Origin: Octopus bimaculoides
Lineage: Eukaryota
Length of the DNA stretch: 64,000 nt
Direction of reading: 5' to 3'
Assembly (NCBI RefSeq): GCF_001194135.2
Contig: NC_068997.1
Location: 10,769,255-10,833,254 of the forward strand
Each line of letters opens with the position of its first letter. Position 1 is the stretch's first letter. The notes beneath the pieces were generated by a model. It worked only from the letters and a program-made list of their open reading frames with translations, searched no databases and was not told the DNA's origin. The position numbers and the translations under genes were made by a program. Shown here one piece after another: positions 53,010 to 64,000 of the stretch.

Positions 53010-53324
53010 GACGCAGGCGTAGCTGTGTGGTAAGAAGTGTGCTTCTCAACCATGTGGTACCGGGTTCAGTCACACGGCGTCGCAGTTTGACCGGCCAAAG
53101 CCTTGTGAGTGTATTTGGTAGAAGGAAACTGAAAGAAGCATGTTGTATATAAACGGTGTTGGTGTATTTACGTCTCCCCAACATAGTGGCTCGGCAAAAA
53201 GACACCGATAGAATAAGTATTAGGCTTAAATAAAATAATTCCTGGGGTCTGACTAAAACTCTTCAAGGTGGTGCTCTAGCATGGCCGCAGTCTAATGACT
53301 GAAAAAAGAAAAGAATAAAAGAAT
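53010..53324 (+). mobile_element. tRNA-derived SINE, family B (CORE-like)
   Basis: GCAGGCGTAGCTGTGTGGTAAG (A box), GGGTTCAGTC (B box), CAAAGCCTTGTGAGTGTATTTGGTAGAAGGAAACTGAAAGAAGC; tail AGCATGGCCGCAGTCTAATGACTGAAA. Confidence 0.85.
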
Positions 53325-55701
53325 TACATAACTAGTATTTTTCTTATAGATCCCAAACTGATGAAGGGCGAGTTTGACCTCAGTAAGCGTTGAACTTGAT
53401 ATCACAAAAAGTTCCCCTGTCAAATTTAGTTACGTTTATTTCAAAAACAGAATACAGTTATACCCAGAATTCCACACATAAACACTGACGCATCCTAAAT
53501 ATTTAGAAAACCTTTGTTTTCAGAAAAATCAAAAAATTCCATATAGTTTAGTAGTTGATAGACCTCATCTGAATATAAAATAAGTTGTAAAAATGACCAA
53601 TCTAATATGGATTTGGAAGCGCCCAAAACCTATTTATATACTTGCCGACAAAACAAAACGCATTGCGTGAGAATACGTACTCACAAGACAATGTACACCA
53701 ATCTCAAAGATATATTGGTTTCAGATGAAATATGTAAATTAAAGCATGTCACGACTCTTCGTATAATTCTTTAAACACTGCATGTTAAGCACTTCAATAC
53801 CTGCGAATGCAGGGACATGTTTCTGAGTCTTTACTCGTCATTCGACTTTTGTTAATATTATTTTTAGCTGCTATTTTTAGTAGACTGAACCGGTCCAGAG
53901 ATCTCTCTCACTAGCTCGAAATATTGATTGCAGTTTATATAAGTTGAGTTTGTATAAAAAGTTACTTTTAATAAGATAAATATGTATTCTTATTTAAATC
54001 CTCCATTAGTCTTTCAAACATTTATTGGCATAGTTTATTAGAGATTTAATAAAAACCTTCATCTTCTTAGTACAAATTATAGAGACAATAAGTGTATTTT
54101 AGTGAATGTTCAAACTTAATTGTCATCGGAATTTCTTAGAATTAATGCTATTCTTTAAATATTTTTACATAATTTTCTTTTTGTTTTCCACATAATAATA
54201 TACTCTATCAATTTGCTAAATATCGACTTTATGATGTTTAGTTTCTTAATGGTCGTAAGCACATTTTGGCTGAAATCAGACATTTAATTCATTCTTCCAG
54301 TACATTAAGTTTCGATCTGTTGAATAAACAAATATTTAATTTCCATACAAAAATATCTTTCAAAATATCTATTGTAGAGCAACAATTGCCTATTTAATTA
54401 TTATGCACAGAAGAATGCATAATATAACATTTAGGAAAATTATAGAAAATGCATTGCTTAAGCTTGGTAGGTGAGCAGAAATTCTAACGGTGTTTTGTTA
54501 GAAACCGTTATATTCTGAGTCCAAAACCTACCGAGATGGACTTCCTATTTTTTATTCCTCGGTCGCGTTAAAACCAGTGCTTACTAAGTTTAGCTTNNNN
54601 NNNNNNGATAATTGAGTTAAATCTATTCAAGACCTAAATACAGTGAAATTGATCGAGTCACAAATTGAAAACTAGCATTTGCTCATTTTACTCTTGCTTT
54701 TATGGTCTGCGTCTAATAGTGGGTGTGAAACGTGCCGTGATCTACATCCAAGTTTCAATACATTGTTCTGAGTTAGAATTGTAAACTGCTTCCAAGCTTG
54801 GAATGTTAGATAATTGAGACTTTCACAATAAAATATATATATCCATTAGTTAAAAGATGGCTGTTGGCTTCCAGGCATATTTTTCTGACGTCTTTCGATA
54901 ATAACGTGAAAGAAATGCTAGTATTTTATGGCTTCATTATTTTCGTTTCTAAGCTACAGAAAATGAAATGAAGGAAGTAATCATTGTCAAAGAAATATGA
55001 TATTGGAGTATTTTTCTTTTGTTTATCTATAGTAATCCCAGAAAATATCATTTTTCATATATAATATTATATGATAATTAAACAGTGTTTATAATATCGT
55101 GAATAATCCCGTATACTTGTTCTGCTTCAGAATAAGGTTTCTTTATATTTTAGTGTGGGAGAATTGGATTACTTTTTATTCACGTCTACTCCAAGGACAT
55201 TAGTACAGTAAGCACAATGCTAAAATTGAAGGTTTCCTTATACATATGTATGAGGAAGATTTTCCTTAACGAAGAAAGGCCTAACATTTACATCACTACC
55301 ACAACATGCTACATTATCCTCGGATCACACACCCACGACAAGTAAGCATCAAAATCAATTCAAAACAATTTATAAAAAAATATCTTATAGCTACGAGAGC
55401 TTTTGCACAAATCAGGTAAATACAAAAACCTATTCATAGACAAAATAGCAGCAATATCACTAGTTTCTTTACCGGGATTTATAACTGGTGTATGCATCTT
55501 TGAAATTATACGTTGATGTTCAGTCTAGTACACATCGGCCATATATTTCCCCTATGAAAGCTGACCTGTGGCTACACAATCCACACCAACAAAAAAACAA
55601 ATGCAGTTGGGTCAACCGGAAGCCAAGTGTATTCACTGGTAAGTTCAGTGTATTTAAATTCCCTGTTAAAAATATGTTGGATCTGCTGCCTTGTTTAATA
55701 T

Positions 55702-56063
55702 ATCTTGTTTTACTTGTTTCACTCATTGGACTGTGACCGTGCTGGGGCACCGCCTTTTTAATCGAACAAAGTGACTTCGATGCTTATTCCGTTTCGGTTT
55801 CATACTTACTCTTTTTGACTCAATTAACGGACCGCTGTGTTACGTGGACACGAGTTGTGAAGCGGTGGAACCACAAACACAAAGACACCCACACAAAAAT
55901 ATATACGTCCGATGTGCTTCCACACAGTTTACATTTACCAAATCCACTGACAAGATTTTAGTCGGCCCGGGGCTATAACAGAAGATGGCTGCCCAAGATG
56001 CTATGGTATTGAGCCTTAAATTACATGATTGCAAAGCGGGCTTCTTAATCACACTGCTATACT
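55702..56063 (-). mobile_element. SINE family B, near full length, diverged
   Basis: Plus strand reads TTTACTTGTTTCACTCATTGGACTGTGACCGTGCTGGGGCACCGCC (tail) and TACCAAATCCACTGACAAG...GGCCCGGGGCTATA...TGCCCAAG (CORE-like). Confidence 0.75.
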
Positions 56064-57390
56064 TAGCTTATGGGTCGACTGACTACGGACAGTCTTTTAA
56101 AAACTGTACAAATAATCTGCACATTTCAGTTATGATTAAAAACGGAACCAAGCAAACAAAAATAGCTTATCTTTTACTAAGATTTCTGTCAACAATAGCG
56201 TAAATATGAATTACATATTTCTGTTAATGCGTGGGATTTTATTTCTGCTAACATGTAGTAACAATTGTTCGATGCCCGGAACATGACTTATTGTGTTAGC
56301 GTTAAGTCGATTCTGATAAGATTGTTACCAAGAATATAGGGGTGTGGATTTAAACTAAATACCTTGAGCAATTTTATGCTTAACTCTGTCTTCCTTTAAT
56401 TACCTAATAAAAAAAAAGAGATTTTCTGATGTATATGTATTTCCCTTCTAAACGTATGCACATACTTAAAATATGATCACTGTACGCACTACAAAAAATG
56501 AAATGAAGTAAGAAAAATAACAAATCTTAACCTCTTGTACTACGATGCTTGTCGCCAATTATATAAGTATGAATAATATGTTTTCCACAATATGACGGTT
56601 TTTATCTCTATAATATAAAGAAAGAAAATGTATTCTTACATGTTATTCAATTCTATTATGCTCTAAACGAGTCAAAATGATAAATATCAGGCAAGCAGAA
56701 CACTATGTATTGATAGCATATTATGCGGTTGTCAGTCGATTATTAAAGTTATATTTGTTTCACAAACGATAAAGATGCCATGCGTAATATATATTACTGA
56801 CAGATTTGTTATTTGTTAAACTCAACAGACACGAAAAAAGAAAAGAAAAAAGATTACTTATTCTGCAAATATGAGAGCCAATATCAGGTTAAGAGGCAAA
56901 AAAAGTTATTGAGAAGAAATTTTATACAACTGTGTTATTTCATGCTGTTAAATAACAATCAGATAAATGTTCACTGAAGCAGTATGCTTCTGCAGAATAT
57001 AAAAAAATCTACTCTTAAATTTACCTTAAAAAAAGCAGAATGATTTCCATATAAACAAAAGCAAGAAAAGCCAAGTCTATAAAATATTCTGATGCATTGT
57101 ATTCATTGATATTAACGGTTTATTGTCTGGTATATAATAGAACAATAGAGATTTCTGCAGAGTAGAGGTAAGCAATATGGCGTGTAGATTCTAAATGCTA
57201 GGTTTGATTCTTGACTGTAAGCAATCCAGTTCACTTCTACTGCGAACACGCTTGAGGTAGATTTAAAAAGATACCACACGCTCTTTCCCCAAACCTCAAA
57301 TTTTAATATACTGATTCTGTTTAAGAAATGAATACTGCTCCACAATTAATCGGTGAGAGGCAGGTAAACTTTACTCTAGTACGCAATATA

Positions 57391-58035
57391 TTGGGTTCGC
57401 AACTAAGTTCCTGCCGTTCTTTTTTTTAATTTTGGAATTTATTGCGTTTTTAAAATTTGGAATCTGTTTTTTTCGAGAATTCTAATTTTTAATCATTTTG
57501 GAATCTACTTTGTTTTTCGTCTAGTTAATTTTAGTTAATTTTTGTTTATTAAAATGAAATGTCAAGTTAAGAGAAACAAGCATTTTCGACACCTCCTTCT
57601 TTTTGCTTTTAATCAAGGTTCTAAGGCCGCAAAAGCTCATCGCGTCATTTGTGCTGTGTATGGAGAGGGTGCCATAGTTGAAAGAACTGCTAGCGATTGG
57701 TATGCAAAGATAAAAAATGGAAACTTTGACCTTAAAGACGCACCTCGTTCTGGCCGTCCAATTGAGTTTGATGAAGAGCGATTAAACCAACTTTTGCACG
57801 AAAATTCTCGTCAAACAAGGGAACTGACAGAGAAAATGGAATGTTCCCGCACTGTTATAGAGAAGCATCTTCACTCGATGGGAAAGGTTCAGGTGTATGG
57901 GTTCCGCATGCTTTAAGTGACAACAACAAAATTCAACGAGCTGCAATCTCCGCTGATTTGCTTGCTCGTTTCCGCTCAACTCATGGACACAAGCAACGAT
58001 TTCTCTACCGAATAGTTACTGGTGATGATAAATGA
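57391..58035 (+). mobile_element. Mariner element, mellifera-subfamily-like: 5' TIR plus N-terminal half of transposase, 3'-truncated
   Basis: TA at 57389-90, then TTGGGTTCGCAACTAAGTT (TIR-like). ATG 57554 MKCQVKRNKHFRHLLLFAF...CAVYGEGA...PRSGRP (HTH region), a frameshift, WVPHAL (57898-57915), then IVTGDDK* (first catalytic D; TGA where W is expected). Followed directly by (AC)n. Confidence 0.9.
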
Positions 58036-58044
58036 CGCGCAAAT

Positions 58045-58069
58045 ACACACACACACACACACACGCACA

Positions 58070-58141
<72 letters not shown>
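58045..58141. repeat. (AC)n microsatellite
   Basis: Read directly. Confidence 0.95.
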
Positions 58142-58143
<2 letters not shown>

Positions 58144-59407
58144 CACAAACATACAGAAGCAAAGTGTCAGGCCGGAAGAGATGAACTCCGTAGCGAAGTG
58201 GGAAAGATAGACATTGAAAAGTTTGCAAATGACGGCAAAAAAAATTTGAAGGAAAACCCCAAACCCCAAAATAACGATGGAGTGTTTCACAAGTTAAACA
58301 AACGATAGATTAGTTATTTAGATATAGATTTATCGAATTAAAAGTAGTATCATTGAACCAGTGCATGTGTGGTTATTAATGACGAATGTCTCTCCCAAGA
58401 CACAACAAAATTAGTTTCATCACAGGAATTGACATAAAAGAATCTTGCAAACCAAATACAAAAAGTAGAATAAGAATAATAATCTTATGGAACAAATGAC
58501 ATCAATTTTATCTACTTTAATAACATAATACTCCAACTAGATTCCGAATTGTAATATTTCAAATTCTAATCTTTTGTTTTAGATATTCATTTCAAATTTA
58601 AGCTTAAATTACTGTCTCAAATGAAGCAAAATTTATTCATGTACAACTCATTTTTACAACGTCGTATTTAAAGTGTTACTTACAATCTTAATCAAACTGT
58701 TACTTTGTCTCAGTGAATCTCATCTAATTAACCTCAATCATAAAAAAAAAATGTTCTATCTTTTCTCCTTGGAGAAAAACTATGGGATGCCTTCATGACG
58801 CCGTTCTTCTTGTTATCATTAAACCTGAATATATTCAAACTGAACACCTGCAGCAATCTCACAAATCTTCTTTGAAAGTTCAAGTCTACTGCACTTTAAC
58901 TCCTACGAAAGAACTACGCGATCGTATATAAAATCTTTATTTATGCATCTTTATATATATAGACTTATTTGTAAATATTATGCGAAAATTATGCACTTAT
59001 AATCTATTAAGAAATTAATCCAAAAGACTTAGAAATCTATTTCGTAAATTAATATTTTCTTACTTCAAATAACTACTTGTAGGATTATGAATATTCTGTT
59101 CGATGTAAAGAATTGTCAGGAGTACAAATAACTGAAATATTACCAGTCATATACATAGGAGATACTGAATTGACTTATGTCATTGAAAAGGAAACGGAAA
59201 CGTAGAAAGTAGAGTGCTTCAAAATATCGCTTTTATATTTGTTACTGGTCTCATATGAATGAAGTTACAAATTTATTCTAATATATAAACTAATCATTAC
59301 GTCTTGAGTATATTTGCTTGCATAGCAGAATACAATATTAGGCACTGTCACGGGATATAGACAGGCGTATACCAAAATGCATATCAATCTATGCACCATA
59401 TTATGAG

Positions 59408-59447
<40 letters not shown>

Positions 59448-59804
59448 CTTCTGTAACACATTACGTATACATATAACGCGTCTGGCAAACCAAAAGGCGG
59501 AAAGTTCGCGAACAGTTACAGTCATACATATTTCCGCCCTGTCAATTTGGAACGATTTTAGCCTGACAATACTCACTGCTTAGCTTTTGCTAACTGATAA
59601 AATCTGCATTAATCGAAGTGTTTGTTACTAAGGCATAGTAAGGGAAGTAAACGTTGCATACACAACCAGTTTTATGGCTTCTAATTTTCGTGGAAGGATA
59701 CCAATAAAGTATTCTGAAAGGCCAGGCTTGTATGCTTGTTTCTGGTATTCTACCACTCTCAATAATATTGGTGGTTTTAGACTTGACGCACGATCCGGTA
59801 AAAC

Positions 59805-59806
<2 letters not shown>

Positions 59807-59883
<77 letters not shown>
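59807..59883. repeat. Pure (GA)n microsatellite
   Basis: Read directly. Confidence 0.95.
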
Positions 59884-59885
<2 letters not shown>

Positions 59886-60639
59886 GTACTCGATTGAATG
59901 ACACCAATAATTGACTGATACTTATTTTAGAATTCTTGAAATCATATAAATGCAAAGATAATCCTGATGAGATTCAAACCCACAATGGCATTAAATATGC
60001 TATTCATATAATTAGAAGAGAAAATATAATTTTGAATGTTGGATCATATTCTGTCTTAGATTGTATATACACACAATTCTTACATGAATTCATAATTAAA
60101 TCCGATGTATATAAATGAATCATATATAATTAAATGCTTATTAAAATGGCTTCACTTTCAATTTCTAAATGGAAATTCTATTTGTGGAGAATATATTATG
60201 TATCATAATTCAAAAGAACTGAAATGTAAGAAAATTATGGATATTTACGGAGTATATCGAACGTCTAGTAGATTATCATTAACGAATAGATCTCACGTAA
60301 TTGTTATTCTAATTAATTGAATCCAAAAAAAGTCTTTAATGCTAAATGAATGATTTCTGATACAAGAGTCTTTCAAATTTCGTATGAATTTATAAATACC
60401 TGTATTCTTTTGTAACAAATCATTGATGGCTGCCTCTTTCTGATTACGTGTGCGTTTTAAGTTCACTTTAAAGTTTATATGTTGCATGCATATCTTTCAC
60501 TTCCATTTGCTTGACGAAAATACATTAAGGTAAAAGTTTAGATGACTCCAAAGAAACAAAATAATACTTCTATTTTTCCAGAAGGCAATATTTGTGCTTA
60601 TTACCATTGCAGGCTCTCCGGGTCTCAGGTCTCAGACAG

Positions 60640-60990
60640 GCTAAGACGACCCCCGTAGTGAGGTGGGAGGTATAGTCACTGAAAAGGTTACGTCGTATAT
60701 GTTCCTCTTTCAGTGTTTCAAGTTGATGGTTGTTCAAAACATGGAATATGTGAAATTTGTGTGACGTACAGACTCTTGGGAAGAAGGACTGGGCGTAGTG
60801 GTAAGTGAGGGTGGAGTGGAGACAGCTTATGTGTAACGACGTGCAGATGGCATGACTGAAGAATAAATACTTCTGGGAGTTTGTATATACCCAGTCAAAA
60901 TCCAGGAGATGACTTTTGCTAGAAATGGAAGAGTGTAAGGACAGCAATACATCTTCGGGCAAGAGCGGAGGAAAATAATAATTCACGCGA
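60640..60990 (+). mobile_element. Possible decayed APE-endonuclease region of an RTE-like LINE
   Basis: Locally GC-richer block. One frame reads EGLGVVVSEGGVETAYV*RRADG...ILLGVCIY...FARNGR, loosely like GVGV.V.E.WV..V..V.R..DR and YAPQ.GR. Confidence 0.25.
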
Positions 60991-61877
60991 TGAAAGGACA
61001 GTAGAAATACCACTTGATCATGCAGGTATAAACAATATCATAAAATGCAACGAAATAGGTATAGATGTCATTTTTCTTTTAACACTGATTTATGGAAATA
61101 AAATAGATTATTTTAAACCTAATTGATGACACTTCGATCTTGTGCTTCGCTTGGTTTGAAGAAGAGTAGAAATTGAATAGTAAAAAAGACGAGATGGAGA
61201 GTAAGAGGGAGATAAGCAGAATCTGTGCCCATATTCAAATTTACTTAAAAGATTGCATATCCACTTAATGTCATTATCTCTGATTAATGCATTGCATAGC
61301 TATGTTATGAATCCTGCTATCGGCAATGTTTAGTGTGGACCTGAACAAATTCATAAGGCTTTATCATTCGATTAGCTTATCTTGAGAAAGTTGGTTGAAA
61401 TAAAAATTGTTGCAATTGTATTTCGCTAAATGATATAGTCAAAAGAGAGAAGGTGATTAAGTTACATTGGATAGATAAGAATTATTGTTTTTCATAATGT
61501 TTTTGCCTTCTTTCCTTCACATGATTTGAATTTTGTAAATTTAAATTCTCATCATTTGTGCAAAAGAAATAGGCATCATGTCACTGGGTCTGCTACAGAT
61601 CGCAGCCGCCCAATCGCTTTAAAAATAGGTGAGGCCAACACATTGGATAATGCACGTCTGTAGATATTTACTATATTTGTATATATAAGGAAACACCGGC
61701 GATCATTGGTCAGCTCGAACAGGGCGTGTCTTGGTTGTAGAAGAATAATAAAAACGACTACAAAAGCAGTATTTGCGTGAATAAATTTATTGATTACATT
61801 TTAAATAATTATCCAACTATAAAATTTCGAACTGTATCAGGATTACCGTGGCTGTTCGATAATTTATATCAAAAGGT

Positions 61878-62094
61878 AAGGCGGCGAGCTGGCAGAATCG
61901 CTAGCATGCCAGGCAAAACGCTTAGCAGATTTTCGTCCCATTTTACGTTCTGAATTAAAAATCCACTGAGGTCGGATTTGTCTGTCATCGTTTCGGGGTC
62001 AATAACATAAGTGTCAGAACACTGGGATCGATATAATTAACTCAGGCCCTTCCACCAAAACCTGCTGGCTTTGTACCAAGTTTTGAAACCAATT
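61878..62094 (+). mobile_element. SINE family A
   Basis: AAGGCGGCGAGCTGGCAGAATCGCTAGC head; CATCGTTTCGGGGTCAATAAC centre; TTTGTACCAAGTTTTGAAACCAATT tail. Confidence 0.85.
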
Positions 62095-62858
62095 TATAGA
62101 CACGGGTTTAGAAAGTATTTCTGAAGTTTATGTCAAGCTTAGTAGTACAATTCTTACAGCTAATTTACTATATTCACAGAAATTTCTATGCGACAAAATT
62201 GCTAAAAAAATCAACCGTCTGCTTGGTAGTTCAACTTGCTCAAAATAACAACAGAATATCCCTCAAATCCCTTTCCGCAATGGAGTCCATGATAGATTAA
62301 ATGTACATGATTGTCAGAATGAATTGTCTGTTATAATGAGTTTACTGAAACATGTTTGACAACTGAAGAAATTGCATAGGTTTACCAAAATATGGTTTTT
62401 AATATGATGAAAAGTATAAATTACAAAACACATTTCATATCCATTTGTATTCGTGAAAGGTGTGGCATTATTACTGCAGTTTTTGCTATTGCTAAGCCTA
62501 ATATTAGCACCGGTTTATCATATCTCTGGCGAAAGCAAGCCATATTACGCATCATATCGTATTTCCTTCACAACTAGATTATCTAAGGTCCTTCTATTTC
62601 AAGAGTTTGGGATTTATTCTACGTGAAATTTGGCAATTATTTTCTTTTAAATCTTGTAGGATCATTGTAGAGTTAGAATATATGAGGATAGGAGACTGTA
62701 TATTTGCATATTTGAATTATGGCCAATGTGAGGTGTAGGATAGAAAACCTAGATATAGAAAACCAAGTAAGAAAAATTCCGTATCAGTGATCTGGGAAAC
62801 GATTACCGATTGAGGGTACGAAACAGTAGACAGTATGTATTTACGCGTGTGTGTGTAT

Positions 62859-62905
<47 letters not shown>

Positions 62906-63714
62906 GGAGAGGGGATATGTGAAGAGAAAGTGGGTGTGTGAAGAGAGAGAGCTGAAACGACTTACATTTTAGAAACATTTTAAACTATAATGAAAGGATC
63001 AACTTAGAACGTTAAAACTAAGAACAAAATAAGCAATGAATATATTTGAAATATCAGTTCCCAAATCATCATTAATACATCGTACAAGATGAAAGTCAAA
63101 TTAAAGGAAACATTAATGTTAGTCATTTACTTAATATATATTATTTTGTGAAAAACAGCGTCGTTAGTCACAAATATCCAATAATTCAGTCACTAATTTG
63201 CTAAATCTCTGGCTGCGATAACAACAAAAGATTGACTGTAAATTATTTGAGAACAAAGAATACCTATTCTAACATTCATTTATATTCATTCATACCTTCA
63301 TACATATATATTTTATGTGTTTGAAAACATAAAAGTGTATATATGGATATATATATATATATATATATATATANNNNNNNNNNNNNNNNNNNNNNNNNNN
63401 NNNNNNNNNNNNNNNNNNNNNNNNNNNNNNNNNNNNNNNNNNNNNNNNNNNNNNNNNNNNNNNNNNNNNNNNNNNNNNNNNNNNNNNNNNNNNNNNNNNN
63501 NNNNNNNNNNNNNNNNNNNNNNNNNNNNNNNNNNNNNNNNNNNNNNNNNNNNNNNNNNATATATATATATATATATATAACTACATGAAAGCAATTCCTG
63601 TCCACTTTACAATTTGACAGATTAAATTTAGAGATCCTTGATTGTTAATTAGGTACGTTCATTTGATCGTGTTACCTTTAAATTTTGGCACAAAAAATAT
63701 TGTTACATTACGTT

Positions 63715-63893
63715 AATGTACGGACATAGCGAGGACTATAGAAAAACTTCTTAGTCTAATCACGTGATCAACCTCTGCCAATTATATTGTGTACTAAAAA
63801 TATTGTCACAATGTACGGACATAGCGGGTACCATAGAAAAATGTCTTAGTCTAATCACGTGATGAACCTCTAGCAATCATATTGTGTACTAAA
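63715..63893. repeat. About 95-bp tandem duplication, diverged
   Basis: AATGTACGGACATAGCG...TCTTAGTCTAATCACGTGAT...ATATTGTGTACTAAA at 63715 and 63810. Confidence 0.9.
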
Positions 63894-64000
63894 CAGGTAC
63901 CAATTTGAGACATGTTCTCTCCATAAAAGCAATAGAATTTTCGAACTACAGTCAGAATCAAGTTGGTTACGGTATATTCCCACGTCTTTCTAACTCGCTA

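Larger units (their letters stand above)
1396..63558. other. Assembly gaps (N runs) at 1396-1632, 3707-4090, 5500-6046, 14950-15050, 27155-27164, 38428-38639, 49144-49153, 54597-54606 and 63374-63558
   Basis: N characters in the sequence. Most abut dinucleotide microsatellites. Confidence 0.98.

Noticed and set aside
60570-61013. 147-aa minus-strand ORF
   Set aside because: No recognisable motifs; the locally higher GC makes long open frames likely; the opposite strand has weak LINE endonuclease echoes.
1266-63605. Numerous long ORFs rich in YI/IY, VC/CV, HT, SL, RE or X runs
   Set aside because: Translations of dinucleotide microsatellites and N gaps; not coding.

Overview
AT-rich, repeat-dominated eukaryotic DNA from a gapped short-read assembly (9 N-runs). 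The tRNA-derived SINE families and the dense (TA)n, (CA)n, (GA)n and (AAT)n tracts look like those I associate with Octopus (coleoid cephalopod); that taxon call is recognition from memory, not a database result. I find no confident host gene, rRNA, true tRNA or CRISPR array. Most long ORFs in the supplied track are microsatellite or N-gap artefacts. The window reads as intergenic DNA or part of a very large intron, filled with transposon fossils: a decayed Gypsy-type pol (RT-RNaseH-IN, minus strand, about 16.4-18.5 kb), a Merlin/ISXO2-like transposase relic, a hAT relic, two Tc1/mariner relics (mellifera-like and maT/DD37D-like), several RLE-type (R4/Dong-like) LINE 3' ends, a TTAA-flanked MITE and many SINE copies from at least three families. 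I see no convincing new biological system. The best leads are TE-biology observations: an insect-type mariner, a microsatellite-associated retroposon pile-up and modular SINE architecture. Family assignments come from hand translation and remembered motifs and need HMM or BLAST confirmation.
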